A stretch of 41,173 bases of DNA from a virus (IMGVR_UViG_3300037882_003602:1-41173); one strand, 5' to 3'. Positions 7,897 through 16,672 are shown, counted from the stretch's first letter. Notes: generated from the letters alone by a model not told the origin. Translations and numbers: made by a program.

Positions 7897-9617
7897 ATCC
7901 CCCTTAACATGCCCGAAGCATACGAATTGGTGATTAACGAATCCTTCACCGGCGCCAAGTTTGCGACGAAAGTGTTGATCTCGGTGCGCATGTCGGCATC
8001 CTTCATATTCACCTGATCCAGATATTCTTTTATCCTAAACCCAAACAAAAAGAAAGCAAGGGCATGGAAAAAGTGATCCTCGGTGTTGAGCTTAATCCAC
8101 ACGGCCTGTTTCTCAGGCTCCTCGTTACGCACCATTCCCTGTAAATGTTCCTTAATTACTTCGCGGTGCGGCCCGAAACCATTCAAAGAGATCCCGCGGT
8201 TTTTGAAGATGCGCTGCACAGCATCGAGCATCCAGGTGCGGTTTCCCTCGAAATGGTTCTCTCCCGCTTCCTTATCATCCTTATAAACAATGTTTTTTCC
8301 CTGTGTGTAGCCGACGGGGAAGATTTTCCCCTTCGAGGCTTCGAACACGGCTTCCGCCGTCGGTGTGTAAGGAAAGCGATCCATCGCGCCGGCGATGACC
8401 TTGTGCGTCTTGCAAAACTCCGCCACCCACTCGACAATCTGCGATGCCTGCACGCAAAGCATCTTGCGGATGACCACCCTTGATCCGTGAAAACTTCCGA
8501 TCACCACATGGCAGATAATACCCACGTCGATGCCAACAAACAGCGGGTGGCTTTTCAGATCTTCATCGTCGGGCGATCCCAGGCACGCCAGGATGTCGGC
8601 CAGCTGGATGCGCGCGTTCACGTCGGTAAAGCACTCGCCGAGCACGGTGTTGTACCAGCCGCGCATATATTCGCGCTTCTTGTAGCGCAGCAGCTGCGCG
8701 ATGATATAAGCCACGCTCAGCCGGTCGGTGCTGAAAGGGCGCACGCGGTATCCACGCCTGCTACTGACCTCCGGCCTTTCCGCCACCCATTCGCGGTTCT
8801 TGCGCAAATCAAGATCGCTACCGCAGCGCTCGCACACGATCCTGGAATTGGTGAGATCCAGGCCGCTTTCCATTTCTTCGGTGATGTCCTCCAACTTTAC
8901 CGAATCCGATAAGCCTGGGATGACGACGAACGGGCGCTTAAACGTAGGCAGCTGCCAGTGGTTACAGCTGTCGCATTTGCATAAAAGCTCACGCCGGTCG
9001 GTGCTCTTATAGCTGGCATCGATGCCGTAATCTTCGAAGGTGGGGGTGCTGAAATCCTGGCGGATGTGGAAATCCGAATTCTGCAGGCGGGAATCATAGA
9101 GCGCCAGCACGTCCTTGTCGGTGAGATCCACTTCGTCCACCATCAGGAAATCGACGCTGAGCGAAGTCGCCGCGGCTTCCGTCGCATTCGGCAACACCAT
9201 GTAACTCTTGCCGATCTGTTTCAGATCGATGCGGCGAGTCTGCGCTCCGAAATCCGGGCTGTTGAACACCCGCGAGTCATCCAACACCTTGCGCACGCGG
9301 ATGTCGGAAAACGAATCCCGAAGCATCTTATTCGGCATCGAATAAAGACCGGTGGTTTCCTGGTTGCGGTACAAAAACGCCGCCATCTTACGCACCTGGA
9401 TTTCCGACAAGCCGATCTGCGAGCACTTCATGCACGCGAGATCCGGGTGCATATCGTCGATGATCTGCTGCTGGAACGGGTAGCGGTCGTAATTAAAAGG
9501 CTTGCTGTTGAGGAATGTGTTGCGCGTCACCCACTCCGAAACCGGCATGTTTACTGCGTCGATACTGTATCGACTCTCAAGCGTTTCCAGGAATTCTGCG
9601 AGGTAAGTATTTTTCAT
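7893..9617 (-). CDS. terL: terminase large subunit, lambda GpA family
   Basis: YPFQ motif, GpA-type Walker A KCSQIGLSE, Walker B FLMVDEVD, STPT, CxxC pairs, nuclease motifs GIDVG and DHFFHA. Confidence 0.9.
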   Translation of the reverse strand: MKNTYLAEFLETLESRYSIDAVNMPVSEWVTRNTFLNSKPFNYDRYPFQQQIIDDMHPDLACMKCSQIGLSEIQVRKMAAFLYRNQETTGLYSMPNKMLRDSFSDIRVRKVLDDSRVFNSPDFGAQTRRIDLKQIGKSYMVLPNATEAAATSLSVDFLMVDEVDLTDKDVLALYDSRLQNSDFHIRQDFSTPTFEDYGIDASYKSTDRRELLCKCDSCNHWQLPTFKRPFVVIPGLSDSVKLEDITEEMESGLDLTNSRIVCERCGSDLDLRKNREWVAERPEVSSRRGYRVRPFSTDRLSVAYIIAQLLRYKKREYMRGWYNTVLGECFTDVNARIQLADILACLGSPDDEDLKSHPLFVGIDVGIICHVVIGSFHGSRVVIRKMLCVQASQIVEWVAEFCKTHKVIAGAMDRFPYTPTAEAVFEASKGKIFPVGYTQGKNIVYKDDKEAGENHFEGNRTWMLDAVQRIFKNRGISLNGFGPHREVIKEHLQGMVRNEEPEKQAVWIKLNTEDHFFHALAFFLFGFRIKEYLDQVNMKDADMRTEINTFVANLAPVKDSLITNSYASGMLRGM

Positions 9618-9722
9618 TTGCAACTGTTATCACTTCCGTGTAGTTCCTTTTATATCCTCTTAATGCCAAGGCGTTCCTTCACTTATGCTTCCCTTACATT
9701 CACCACTATACGCGAGATTGCC

Positions 9723-9923
9723 ATGACCGACAACCTTTCCCCGGAGCAAGTCCTTACGCCTGCTCAATTTGCCGATAAAATTGGACGATCGACGCGGCAT
9801 TTGCGCGACCTCGACAAGAAAAAAATCTTCATCGCGCGCCGCACCGTAACAAACGAACCGTATTACCTGCCCGAAGATGTGCTGACTTACTTCCAGCACA
9901 ATCCGAAGCAGGCAACAGCATAA
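9723..9923 (+). CDS. MerR/Xis-type winged-HTH DNA-binding protein (66 aa)
   Basis: LTPAQFADKIGRSTRHLRDLDKK...ARRT...YYLPEDV. Confidence 0.75.
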   Translation: MTDNLSPEQVLTPAQFADKIGRSTRHLRDLDKKKIFIARRTVTNEPYYLPEDVLTYFQHNPKQATA

Positions 9924-9935
9924 TCAGGGGGAAAA

Positions 9936-10553
9936 ATGAAAATTTCACAAATAAAGCACGAATCCGACGATTTTATCGAAAATGATGCGGAAATCACCGA
10001 AAATGCTCAAATTTTCGGTCAAAACGCTCAAAATACCTCGGATTTCACGCAAAATACGTCAGAATTCACCGTTTTTCCCACGTTTTTGCTCGAAAATATG
10101 AACGCTCTGGACGTAATCCAGCGCCAATTTGCGAAGAATAATCGCTATTTTGAGCTCCATGATTGCCCATATCCAATCGAAATGCGCCAGTTTTTGAAGA
10201 AATTCCTCGGCGCGAATCCTCTCGGCAGCGATGACATCGACCAGAAACTGAACGATTTCTTCGGCGATGAGATGATGTACGACCGGATCATCCGCGATTC
10301 GAAGCGCGCCTACATGAACCTCGCCTCGCAGATGACGGTGATGGAAGCGCAGAGAAACATCGACGACACAGTGGCTTTCACGAAAGCGCTGGCAAACCTG
10401 CAGCAGCGGCTGCTGGAAATTCAGGAAAAGGCGGAAGGCTTAAAGATGATCCACGAATTCAAGCGGATCATTCTTTCCGTCATCGACACCGAGCTGACCG
10501 CTGACCAGCGCACCGGAATTATGAGCCGGATCTCTCAGCTCGTTAAATCCTGA
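9936..10553 (+). CDS. helical protein, candidate terminase small subunit
   Basis: Adjacent and divergent to terL; alpha-helical/coiled-coil C-terminal half; heptad-repeat N-terminus. Assignment rests on position only. Confidence 0.4.
   Translation: MKISQIKHESDDFIENDAEITENAQIFGQNAQNTSDFTQNTSEFTVFPTFLLENMNALDVIQRQFAKNNRYFELHDCPYPIEMRQFLKKFLGANPLGSDDIDQKLNDFFGDEMMYDRIIRDSKRAYMNLASQMTVMEAQRNIDDTVAFTKALANLQQRLLEIQEKAEGLKMIHEFKRIILSVIDTELTADQRTGIMSRISQLVKS
9978..10096 (+). repeat. degenerate 21-bp tandem repeats with phased A/T tracts
   Basis: GAAAATGATGCGGAAATCACC (9978), GAAAATGCTCAAATTTTCGGT (9999), CAAAATACCTCGGATTTCACG (10029), CAAAATACGTCAGAATTCACC (10050), then CGTTTTT twice at an 11-bp spacing. 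Confidence 0.8.
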
Positions 10554-10582
10554 ACCCCACGCCATTCGCAATAGGAAGCCCT

Positions 10583-13243
10583 ATGAGCACACTTTACGAC
10601 AATACCCCTATCTTCGGAGAGCTGGCACCCATTTACTTCTCTATGGGCTTGCCTGTGATTCCTCTCCAGCCTTTCAACAACCAGTCGGTGAAATCCCCTG
10701 GCAAACAACCGATACCCTACGGATGGCAGATCTTCGCAACCGAGCCGGTGCCGGAGCATACCCAGCAAAACTGGATCGCCAGCTACCCCAACGCCAATAT
10801 CGGGCTCGTCACCGGGCCGCAGTCGGGCATCGTTTTCATCGACGTGGATTCGGTGAACCCCAAGGTGCAGGGCGCGATCATGAAAGCGCTGGGCGTGGAA
10901 TCGCCGTGGATCCGCATCGGCCAGAAAGGGTACATCGCCGCGTACCGCTACACGCCATATATTAAAAATTTCAAGATCCGCGACACCGACGGCAACACGC
11001 TGGTGGAGTGCTTGGCGTTCAGAAACCAAGCGGTGATCCCACCCAGCATCCATCCGAAAACGCTGAAACCCTACAGCGCGAATTGCGAGTTATTGTCGGT
11101 TTTTAGAAATCTCCCAATTCTCCCCGAAGGGTTGGAAAAGATCCTGCGCGAGGAAATCCAGCTGGCGGGCATCGAGCTGCACCACACCGGGATGAGCAAT
11201 CTTTCCGATTTTGTAGCCCGCGGCGCGCGCGATAACCAGATGACTTACGTTGCCGGGTTGTTCGCGCATTACGTCACCAAAGGCGAGCGCAGCCTGGAAG
11301 AAGCGTTCGGCCAGATGGAGAAGTGGTACGAAACCAGCGTGCAACGAGTTGCGGGCGACGACATCGATCTCAGCAAAGGCTACCAGAAGATCGTGGAATT
11401 CCTGCAGCGCGACGTGGTGCTGCGGAAAAAGCCGCTGCCGCTGGGGTGGGATCGAGACATCAAAGAGGAAACGCGCACGCAGCTGCAAAGCATCTTCACC
11501 GAGGAGCACAAGGAATGGACGGCGGAGGAACTGAAAGCCTATACCTACCGGGAATTCCTCGCGCACGCCGATCCCGAAGATCCAGAGCGCATGAAGGCGG
11601 TGCAATATATCATCGAACGCATCAGCCGATCCCCCTCTCTCAATAACCTGGAGCGCGAATCGGTCATCGCCTATATCAGCCAAACCGCGCGTATCCCCGG
11701 CCTCTCCATCCCCAACATCCGCAAGCGCATCCGAGAGCTGCAGCAGGGAGATATGTCAGGCTCCAGCCACACGGAAATCGCGCAGGCGGTCATCGACAAG
11801 ATGCGCGAATTCGGCGAGATGCGGCAGATGAACGGAATGTTCTACCAGTGGAAGGGAGCGCAGTGGGATCCATTGGATGACACCGACATCATGCTCACGA
11901 TCACGCAGCATTTCGACGGGTTCGAGCTTACCAAGCGCCACAACGATCTGGTCGGTATCCTGAAAACGATGCGAGTGCTCGTCACCGAAAAGCTCAAGCA
12001 GATGGATTTCAAAGGCGTCAATTTCGCCAATGGATTCCTTGGCGAGGATATGAAGCTGTACCAGCACCTGCCGGATTACGGCGCCATCTACACGCTGCCC
12101 TACCGCTACATGCCCGACTTGCCGGAACCGACGAAATTCCTCCGCCTGCTGGAAGATAGCTGGGGTAATGACGACGATTTCATGGACAAGGTGCAGGCGC
12201 TGCGGGAAATGATCGGCGCAACGCTGTTCCAATATTGCACCAATCTTCAACGCTGCACGCTTCTGTACGGCGCTGCGAATTCCGGGAAATCGACTATCCT
12301 GAAAGTCGTCGCCGGCCTTTTCCCGGAGGATGTGATCTCGGTCTGCCCGCCGGATAGCTGGAACGATAAATTCGCTCCAACGACGATGGCAGGCCGCTTG
12401 CTCAACATCGCCGGAGAGCTTCCCGCCAAGAAGATGATCGACGGGAAATCCTTCAAGGAAATCATCGACGGCAACGAGCTCAACGGCCAGATGAAAGGCG
12501 GGCAGCTTTTCAAATTCGCACCCGTCGCCAGTCACTGGTTCGCAAGCAATCATTTGCCGCATACGGACGATACATCGGAGGGATTCAACCGGCGATGGCT
12601 GATGCTCGAATTCAGGAAACCGATCGAGCAGGAAGCCAAGGTGATCGGGCTTCACAACATCATCATCACGGAGGAGAGAGAAGCGATCGCTGCCTGGGCG
12701 ATCAAATCCTTCCCGGCGCTGATGCAACGGACGGATCCGATTCTTCCCATCAGCCATGAGCGTCTTATCAACGACATGGCAAATGATAATAATTCTGTCC
12801 GTTTTTTCTTGAACGAGTCTCGTCGAATTCTGACCAAAGTGCGGTTGGAAAAAAGGCTGGTGGCGCAGACTCTCCAAACCGTGGAATCCCAGCCGGAAAT
12901 CCTGGAGAACAAAGTAGTGGAGATCAACGCTGGCGCGCAAGCAGCCCATGCAACGAAGGTCACTGGCAGGCAGATCCACGCGAGCTCATTCACTTCGGTC
13001 GAACAGTTCAACGGATACGCTATCGCCAACCCAATGTCAGAAGATGCGGTTTACTCGGAATACGCGATGTTCTGCGGGCAACAGGCCGGTGTGAGGGCTG
13101 TTGGATTGAGGCACTTTCGCGTGAGAATGCGGGAGCTGGAATTCTTGCACAAATACAAAGTGAATGTCATCGAGACGAAGGATGGTTACGAGAAATGCGA
13201 GTACCCCGGCATCGTCCTCTTGGCAATGCCCAAGTCGAGCTGA
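10583..13243 (+). CDS. bifunctional primase-polymerase (AEP Prim-Pol) fused to D5/SF3 helicase
   Basis: NIGLVTG, FIDVD, VIPPSIHP (Prim-Pol); G.RD primase C-terminal motif; Walker A YGAANSGKS; ASNHLP and RRW. Confidence 0.9.
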   Translation: MSTLYDNTPIFGELAPIYFSMGLPVIPLQPFNNQSVKSPGKQPIPYGWQIFATEPVPEHTQQNWIASYPNANIGLVTGPQSGIVFIDVDSVNPKVQGAIMKALGVESPWIRIGQKGYIAAYRYTPYIKNFKIRDTDGNTLVECLAFRNQAVIPPSIHPKTLKPYSANCELLSVFRNLPILPEGLEKILREEIQLAGIELHHTGMSNLSDFVARGARDNQMTYVAGLFAHYVTKGERSLEEAFGQMEKWYETSVQRVAGDDIDLSKGYQKIVEFLQRDVVLRKKPLPLGWDRDIKEETRTQLQSIFTEEHKEWTAEELKAYTYREFLAHADPEDPERMKAVQYIIERISRSPSLNNLERESVIAYISQTARIPGLSIPNIRKRIRELQQGDMSGSSHTEIAQAVIDKMREFGEMRQMNGMFYQWKGAQWDPLDDTDIMLTITQHFDGFELTKRHNDLVGILKTMRVLVTEKLKQMDFKGVNFANGFLGEDMKLYQHLPDYGAIYTLPYRYMPDLPEPTKFLRLLEDSWGNDDDFMDKVQALREMIGATLFQYCTNLQRCTLLYGAANSGKSTILKVVAGLFPEDVISVCPPDSWNDKFAPTTMAGRLLNIAGELPAKKMIDGKSFKEIIDGNELNGQMKGGQLFKFAPVASHWFASNHLPHTDDTSEGFNRRWLMLEFRKPIEQEAKVIGLHNIIITEEREAIAAWAIKSFPALMQRTDPILPISHERLINDMANDNNSVRFFLNESRRILTKVRLEKRLVAQTLQTVESQPEILENKVVEINAGAQAAHATKVTGRQIHASSFTSVEQFNGYAIANPMSEDAVYSEYAMFCGQQAGVRAVGLRHFRVRMRELEFLHKYKVNVIETKDGYEKCEYPGIVLLAMPKSS

Positions 13244-13404
13244 TGAAGGCGGTACGGCAGCGGATGGTTCCCTGGCCCTGGGGCGTCATCTGGCACACGT
13301 TCTGCGACAACAGCGGTGAGCCGGTGGTGTTTCACACCAGCTGGTTTCCGCACCTGTACGAGCATATAATCATGCTACCCGAAGATGGAAAGGAATGGAT
13401 ATGA
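13243..13404 (+). CDS. hypothetical protein (53 aa)
   Basis: TGATG coupling to the primase stop. Confidence 0.45.
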   Translation: MKAVRQRMVPWPWGVIWHTFCDNSGEPVVFHTSWFPHLYEHIIMLPEDGKEWI

Positions 13405-13586
13405 TAGCGACGATTCAAAACGCCGGAGGAACGCAGGAGCTGGAGAAGAAAACCAGCGATGATATTTACCGGATCCCGCAAGTTTCGACCGTGCATGAGG
13501 AGCGCTACTACCAAATGCCGGAACCCACGAACCGCGCACAACGCAGAAAGAAAAAAGCCCTTGAGCGTAAACTCAAGGGCTTCTAA
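13395..13586 (+). CDS. hypothetical protein with basic C-terminus
   Basis: AAGGA RBS; NRAQRR motif common in phage small proteins. Confidence 0.5.
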   Translation: MDMIATIQNAGGTQELEKKTSDDIYRIPQVSTVHEERYYQMPEPTNRAQRRKKKALERKLKGF

Positions 13587-13603
13587 CCAAAATCCCAATC
13601 TGC

Positions 13604-14158
13604 TTAAGCAGCGGGAATCTTCTGCATAATGAGATTCACATAGGCGTCGGTGGCATTGGAGCCGCCGCCGTCGGTGATAAGCTCGATGCGATCGCCGGCA
13701 ACAACCACGTTGTTGTTGGCGAAATCCGCCGAATCCAGATCCCACGCCGAGCCGCCGGTGGCGACGACGATGGTAGCGGTCGCAGCGGTGCCGCCGTTGA
13801 CCTTGAGCGACATCGTATTGGTCGCTCCCGGATCCGCGCTGACGCGGCTGTAGCCCTTGACGATCTTTCCGTCAAAAGGCGCAATCCAGCGTGCGGTCAC
13901 GTTCGGCGTTTCGATACCCGTCATCTTCTGAGTGCCGAGCGAAATGAAACCTTCGCTGTTGTCCTGAACCTCTTTGCTCATGAGGATCTGAACATACGGA
14001 TTGTTCTGATCGTTCGGATTGATGTCCACCGCGGTGATCTTTTCGACCACGCCGATTTCATCGACTTCCAGTTCATCAAGCCACGCGGCGATCGCGTCGG
14101 TGACTTCGGTGCCGCCGAGAAATTTGACGAGCAGCGTTTCGTAGGTTTTCTGAGCCAT
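13604..14158 (-). CDS. beta-rich virion-type protein
   Basis: AAGGAG RBS; C-terminal domain WIAPFDGKI...VAGDRIELITDGG resembles phage decoration/fibre domains. Confidence 0.6.
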   Translation of the reverse strand: MAQKTYETLLVKFLGGTEVTDAIAAWLDELEVDEIGVVEKITAVDINPNDQNNPYVQILMSKEVQDNSEGFISLGTQKMTGIETPNVTARWIAPFDGKIVKGYSRVSADPGATNTMSLKVNGGTAATATIVVATGGSAWDLDSADFANNNVVVAGDRIELITDGGGSNATDAYVNLIMQKIPAA

Positions 14159-14168
14159 AGTGATCTCC

Positions 14169-14354
14169 TTAAGCCTCTAATGGTTGAGTGACGATTGCAT
14201 AAGCCGGTGCCTCGACGTAGGTGTTCTTCTCCGTCGGATGCAAGCGGAATGTTCGGATGCCCCACATCAAAACTTCGTATTGGGGATTGAACGAAGGGAT
14301 TTCGAACGTACCGACCAGCTCGCCGTTCGCCACAACCAGTTTGACTTTTTCCAT
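14169..14354 (-). CDS. hypothetical protein
   Basis: GGGGAG RBS; promoter just upstream. Confidence 0.6.
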   Translation of the reverse strand: MEKVKLVVANGELVGTFEIPSFNPQYEVLMWGIRTFRLHPTEKNTYVEAPAYAIVTQPLEA

Positions 14355-14387
14355 GAGAGAGCTCCCCGCGGCTGATATTTACGGCGC

Positions 14388-14416
14388 AGCATAAGCCGTC
14401 GGTAAAATCACTTCAA
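14388..14416 (-). promoter_or_regulatory. sigma70-like promoter
   Basis: TTGAAG-N17-TATGCT on the minus strand. Confidence 0.5.
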
Positions 14417-14426
14417 CAAGAATCGC

Positions 14427-14618
14427 TTAGATACTGACGGCACGGATTTCGACTTCCGGCGGCAAGGTGACGCTCTGATCGAACGCATCGTCATTCAAAC
14501 GATAAGTGAGCGTGCGCGTTGCTTCATCCCATTTACCGTTCTTCACCGACAGCTTGATCACGCCGTCCTGGTAAATGCGAAACATTCCCGTCTTACTGAT
14601 CTCGGCGTAAATTTCCAT
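14427..14618 (-). CDS. small beta protein, paralogue of 14618-14812
   Basis: AAGGAG RBS; TAATG coupling. Confidence 0.65.
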   Translation of the reverse strand: MEIYAEISKTGMFRIYQDGVIKLSVKNGKWDEATRTLTYRLNDDAFDQSVTLPPEVEIRAVSI

Positions 14619-14812
14619 TATTGCTCCTTTCTTACCACGGTGATTTCGGCATCCGGGTGGAAGGTGATTCCCATTTTATGGGGGCTCCAAAATTCGATCT
14701 TTCGCTCATCGGGCAACCAGTCACCATCCTTGATCATAAATTGCCAGTCGGGTTTTTCAGGGCATGATACCCTGATCGCCCGTCCAGGCCCAAGTTCGAT
14801 GGTGACTTTCAT
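14618..14812 (-). CDS. small beta protein (MKVTIELG..., 64 aa)
   Basis: ATGA overlap with the upstream gene; similar to 14427-14618. Confidence 0.6.
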   Translation of the reverse strand: MKVTIELGPGRAIRVSCPEKPDWQFMIKDGDWLPDERKIEFWSPHKMGITFHPDAEITVVRKEQ

Positions 14813-15165
14813 CGGCCCATATAGTTTTGAAACGGCACGGCGTTGGGATCGTAAGCCGGTATGTTCAGGTTCTGGTAAGTGCGCTGCGCGCGCCGGCGGT
14901 CGCACTCCGCTTCTTCCTCCGGCGTCAGCGTCACGTTCTTCTGGTAACACTTGCTCGGCGGCTGCGGAGCGCAGGCGCTGACAAAGATCACCAAGAGAAC
15001 CGCTGCCACGCTGTAGAGGAATAATCGAATCGTTCTGCAGGTCGGGCAGGTAGGCAACAGGAATTCCTTCATGCGTTCGGAGCGCCGCGCGCGGCGCTCC
15101 GAAGCCGTTGAATAGGGTTCCTGCGATGGAAGGGATCGCCGGTGCTGTGATGAGCAACAGCTCAT
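14809..15165 (-). CDS. putative lipoprotein
   Basis: Hydrophobic stretch ending in lipobox-like VSAC; alternative start at 15072. Confidence 0.55.
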   Translation of the reverse strand: MSCCSSQHRRSLPSQEPYSTASERRARRSERMKEFLLPTCPTCRTIRLFLYSVAAVLLVIFVSACAPQPPSKCYQKNVTLTPEEEAECDRRRAQRTYQNLNIPAYDPNAVPFQNYMGR

Positions 15166-15404
15166 TACTCGGTCTCGACTTCAAGGGCTTTACCGTCCTC
15201 GTCGCGCTCGAAGCTGATGACCGTTTTGGCGGTATCCTTTTCGATCACCACCACGCGGGCCACCGTCTTGTCCGTGTTCATGATGTCTTTGACATTGTTA
15301 CGGATAACGCCCGAATCGGCTTCCCACTGGCGCACGTCGTTTTCGTCGATCAGGTTATCCTCGGCGTCGTAACGCTCGATCTTGAATTCCTTGTAAGCGG
15401 GCAT
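15165..15404 (-). CDS. acidic hypothetical protein
   Basis: AAGGAG RBS; first gene of the leftward operon. Confidence 0.7.
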   Translation of the reverse strand: MPAYKEFKIERYDAEDNLIDENDVRQWEADSGVIRNNVKDIMNTDKTVARVVVIEKDTAKTVISFERDEDGKALEVETE

Positions 15405-15490
15405 GATGGGGCTCCTTGCTGGATGGTTTGACGCCGCCCCTGCGCCTAGCTCCCATCACAGGAGTCATTGGAACAGAGGCAGCTGTCTGA

Positions 15491-15519
15491 CGCATAACAT
15501 AATTTTGTGGAGCAAGCAA
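15491..15519 (-). promoter_or_regulatory. possible sigma70-like promoter of the leftward operon
   Basis: TTGCTT-N17-TATGCG. Confidence 0.35.
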
Positions 15520-15784
15520 GGCCGAAGGCACTGCGCGTCAGTGCGCCGAAAACGGAAATTGGCGGAGCACCAAAAATCAGATGGTCGCCCACCGCCCGCC
15601 GACCGCCTCGCTAACAAAGTATCCCCTCCTTGTCAAGAGATTTATTTGCTTTTCTTCTGCTTACTAGTGCTTTTTTTCCTTGTACTAATACTTGTTATCT
15701 ACTAGGCTATGAGATGGTAGTGGTATAGGTTTAATTAATATATTAATTCTTCTTAACTACTACCTGGGCGCTGTGCCCTCCGCC

Positions 15785-15801
15785 TCTCCAAACTTTGGAG
15801 A
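15785..15801. promoter_or_regulatory. 17-bp palindromic site, copy 1
   Basis: TCTCCAAACTTTGGAGA. Confidence 0.8.
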
Positions 15802-15832
15802 TGCTTTCACACTCAACTGAAAGGTTATCCCT

Positions 15833-16672
15833 ATGACTATCACTCTCACCACAAAGAGCGCTCTTGCTAACCTCACCACGCAGGCGCAAGGCGTGCGCAA
15901 TGCGGCGCTGTTCACCACTGGCGCTATGGTGTTGTGCCTCACCGCCTATGGCGCTGACAACAAAGACAAGGCTGTTTCCGCCATCCGCCAAGCGGTCATT
16001 GCCGCCGGTATGTGGAAGGATGACAAAGGCACTAAACAGCCGAGCAACAAGGCGCGTAACTTCCTCAATGCAGCAGAGCAGGCGTTTAAGCTGTATGAGG
16101 ATAAGGCGCGCTCTATCATCGGCGGCGCAAGCGACGAGCTTGACGCTACGGGCCAGCTTGCCTCATGGCTCAACACGTTTTCTCTCTCCGGCAATCTGTA
16201 TGAGGGTGGTACGTTCCTGCTACCCCTTACGCGAGGCATCAGCAAGAAAGATGCTAAGGCGCTGATTGCGCAGAAAGCCAGCGAGGGAGAAGCAGCGGGC
16301 GAAGAAGATAAGGTGACTCGCCTGCCTGCCAAGGGCAAGCGCGCCGCTACTGCCACTAGCACCACGCAGGAAGCGCATAAGGTACTATCCGCTACCGTCA
16401 CCGCCTCTAGTGTGCTTCCCATGCTGAAAACGCTTTTCAGCACCAAGCCTAACAAGGATGTTTCCTCCGCCATCGTGCGGATGTGCAGCGAGCTTGACGC
16501 CATCAACCGCCTTGTGCGCGGCGAGGATGTCAAGAGCGCTTCCAAGGAAGTCCGGGCGCTGGCTGTACTGGCGGCGAAGCATGGTGCGTTTTTCGCCAAA
16601 AACACCAAGAGCGAAAACAAAGCGCTCCCGCAGGCGAAGGCGATCAAGAACCGTGCAAAGCGCGCCGCATAA
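15833..16672 (+). CDS. first rightward early protein, Ala/Lys-rich with basic tail
   Basis: 279-aa ORF with AAGG RBS; codon style differs from the rest of the window. Confidence 0.75.
   Translation: MTITLTTKSALANLTTQAQGVRNAALFTTGAMVLCLTAYGADNKDKAVSAIRQAVIAAGMWKDDKGTKQPSNKARNFLNAAEQAFKLYEDKARSIIGGASDELDATGQLASWLNTFSLSGNLYEGGTFLLPLTRGISKKDAKALIAQKASEGEAAGEEDKVTRLPAKGKRAATATSTTQEAHKVLSATVTASSVLPMLKTLFSTKPNKDVSSAIVRMCSELDAINRLVRGEDVKSASKEVRALAVLAAKHGAFFAKNTKSENKALPQAKAIKNRAKRAA

Noticed and set aside
15445-15475. Fluoride riboswitch-like words (AATGACTCCT, GTGATGGGAG) on the minus strand
   Set aside because: The order is reversed relative to the crcB motif, P1 is missing, and no fluoride-related gene follows
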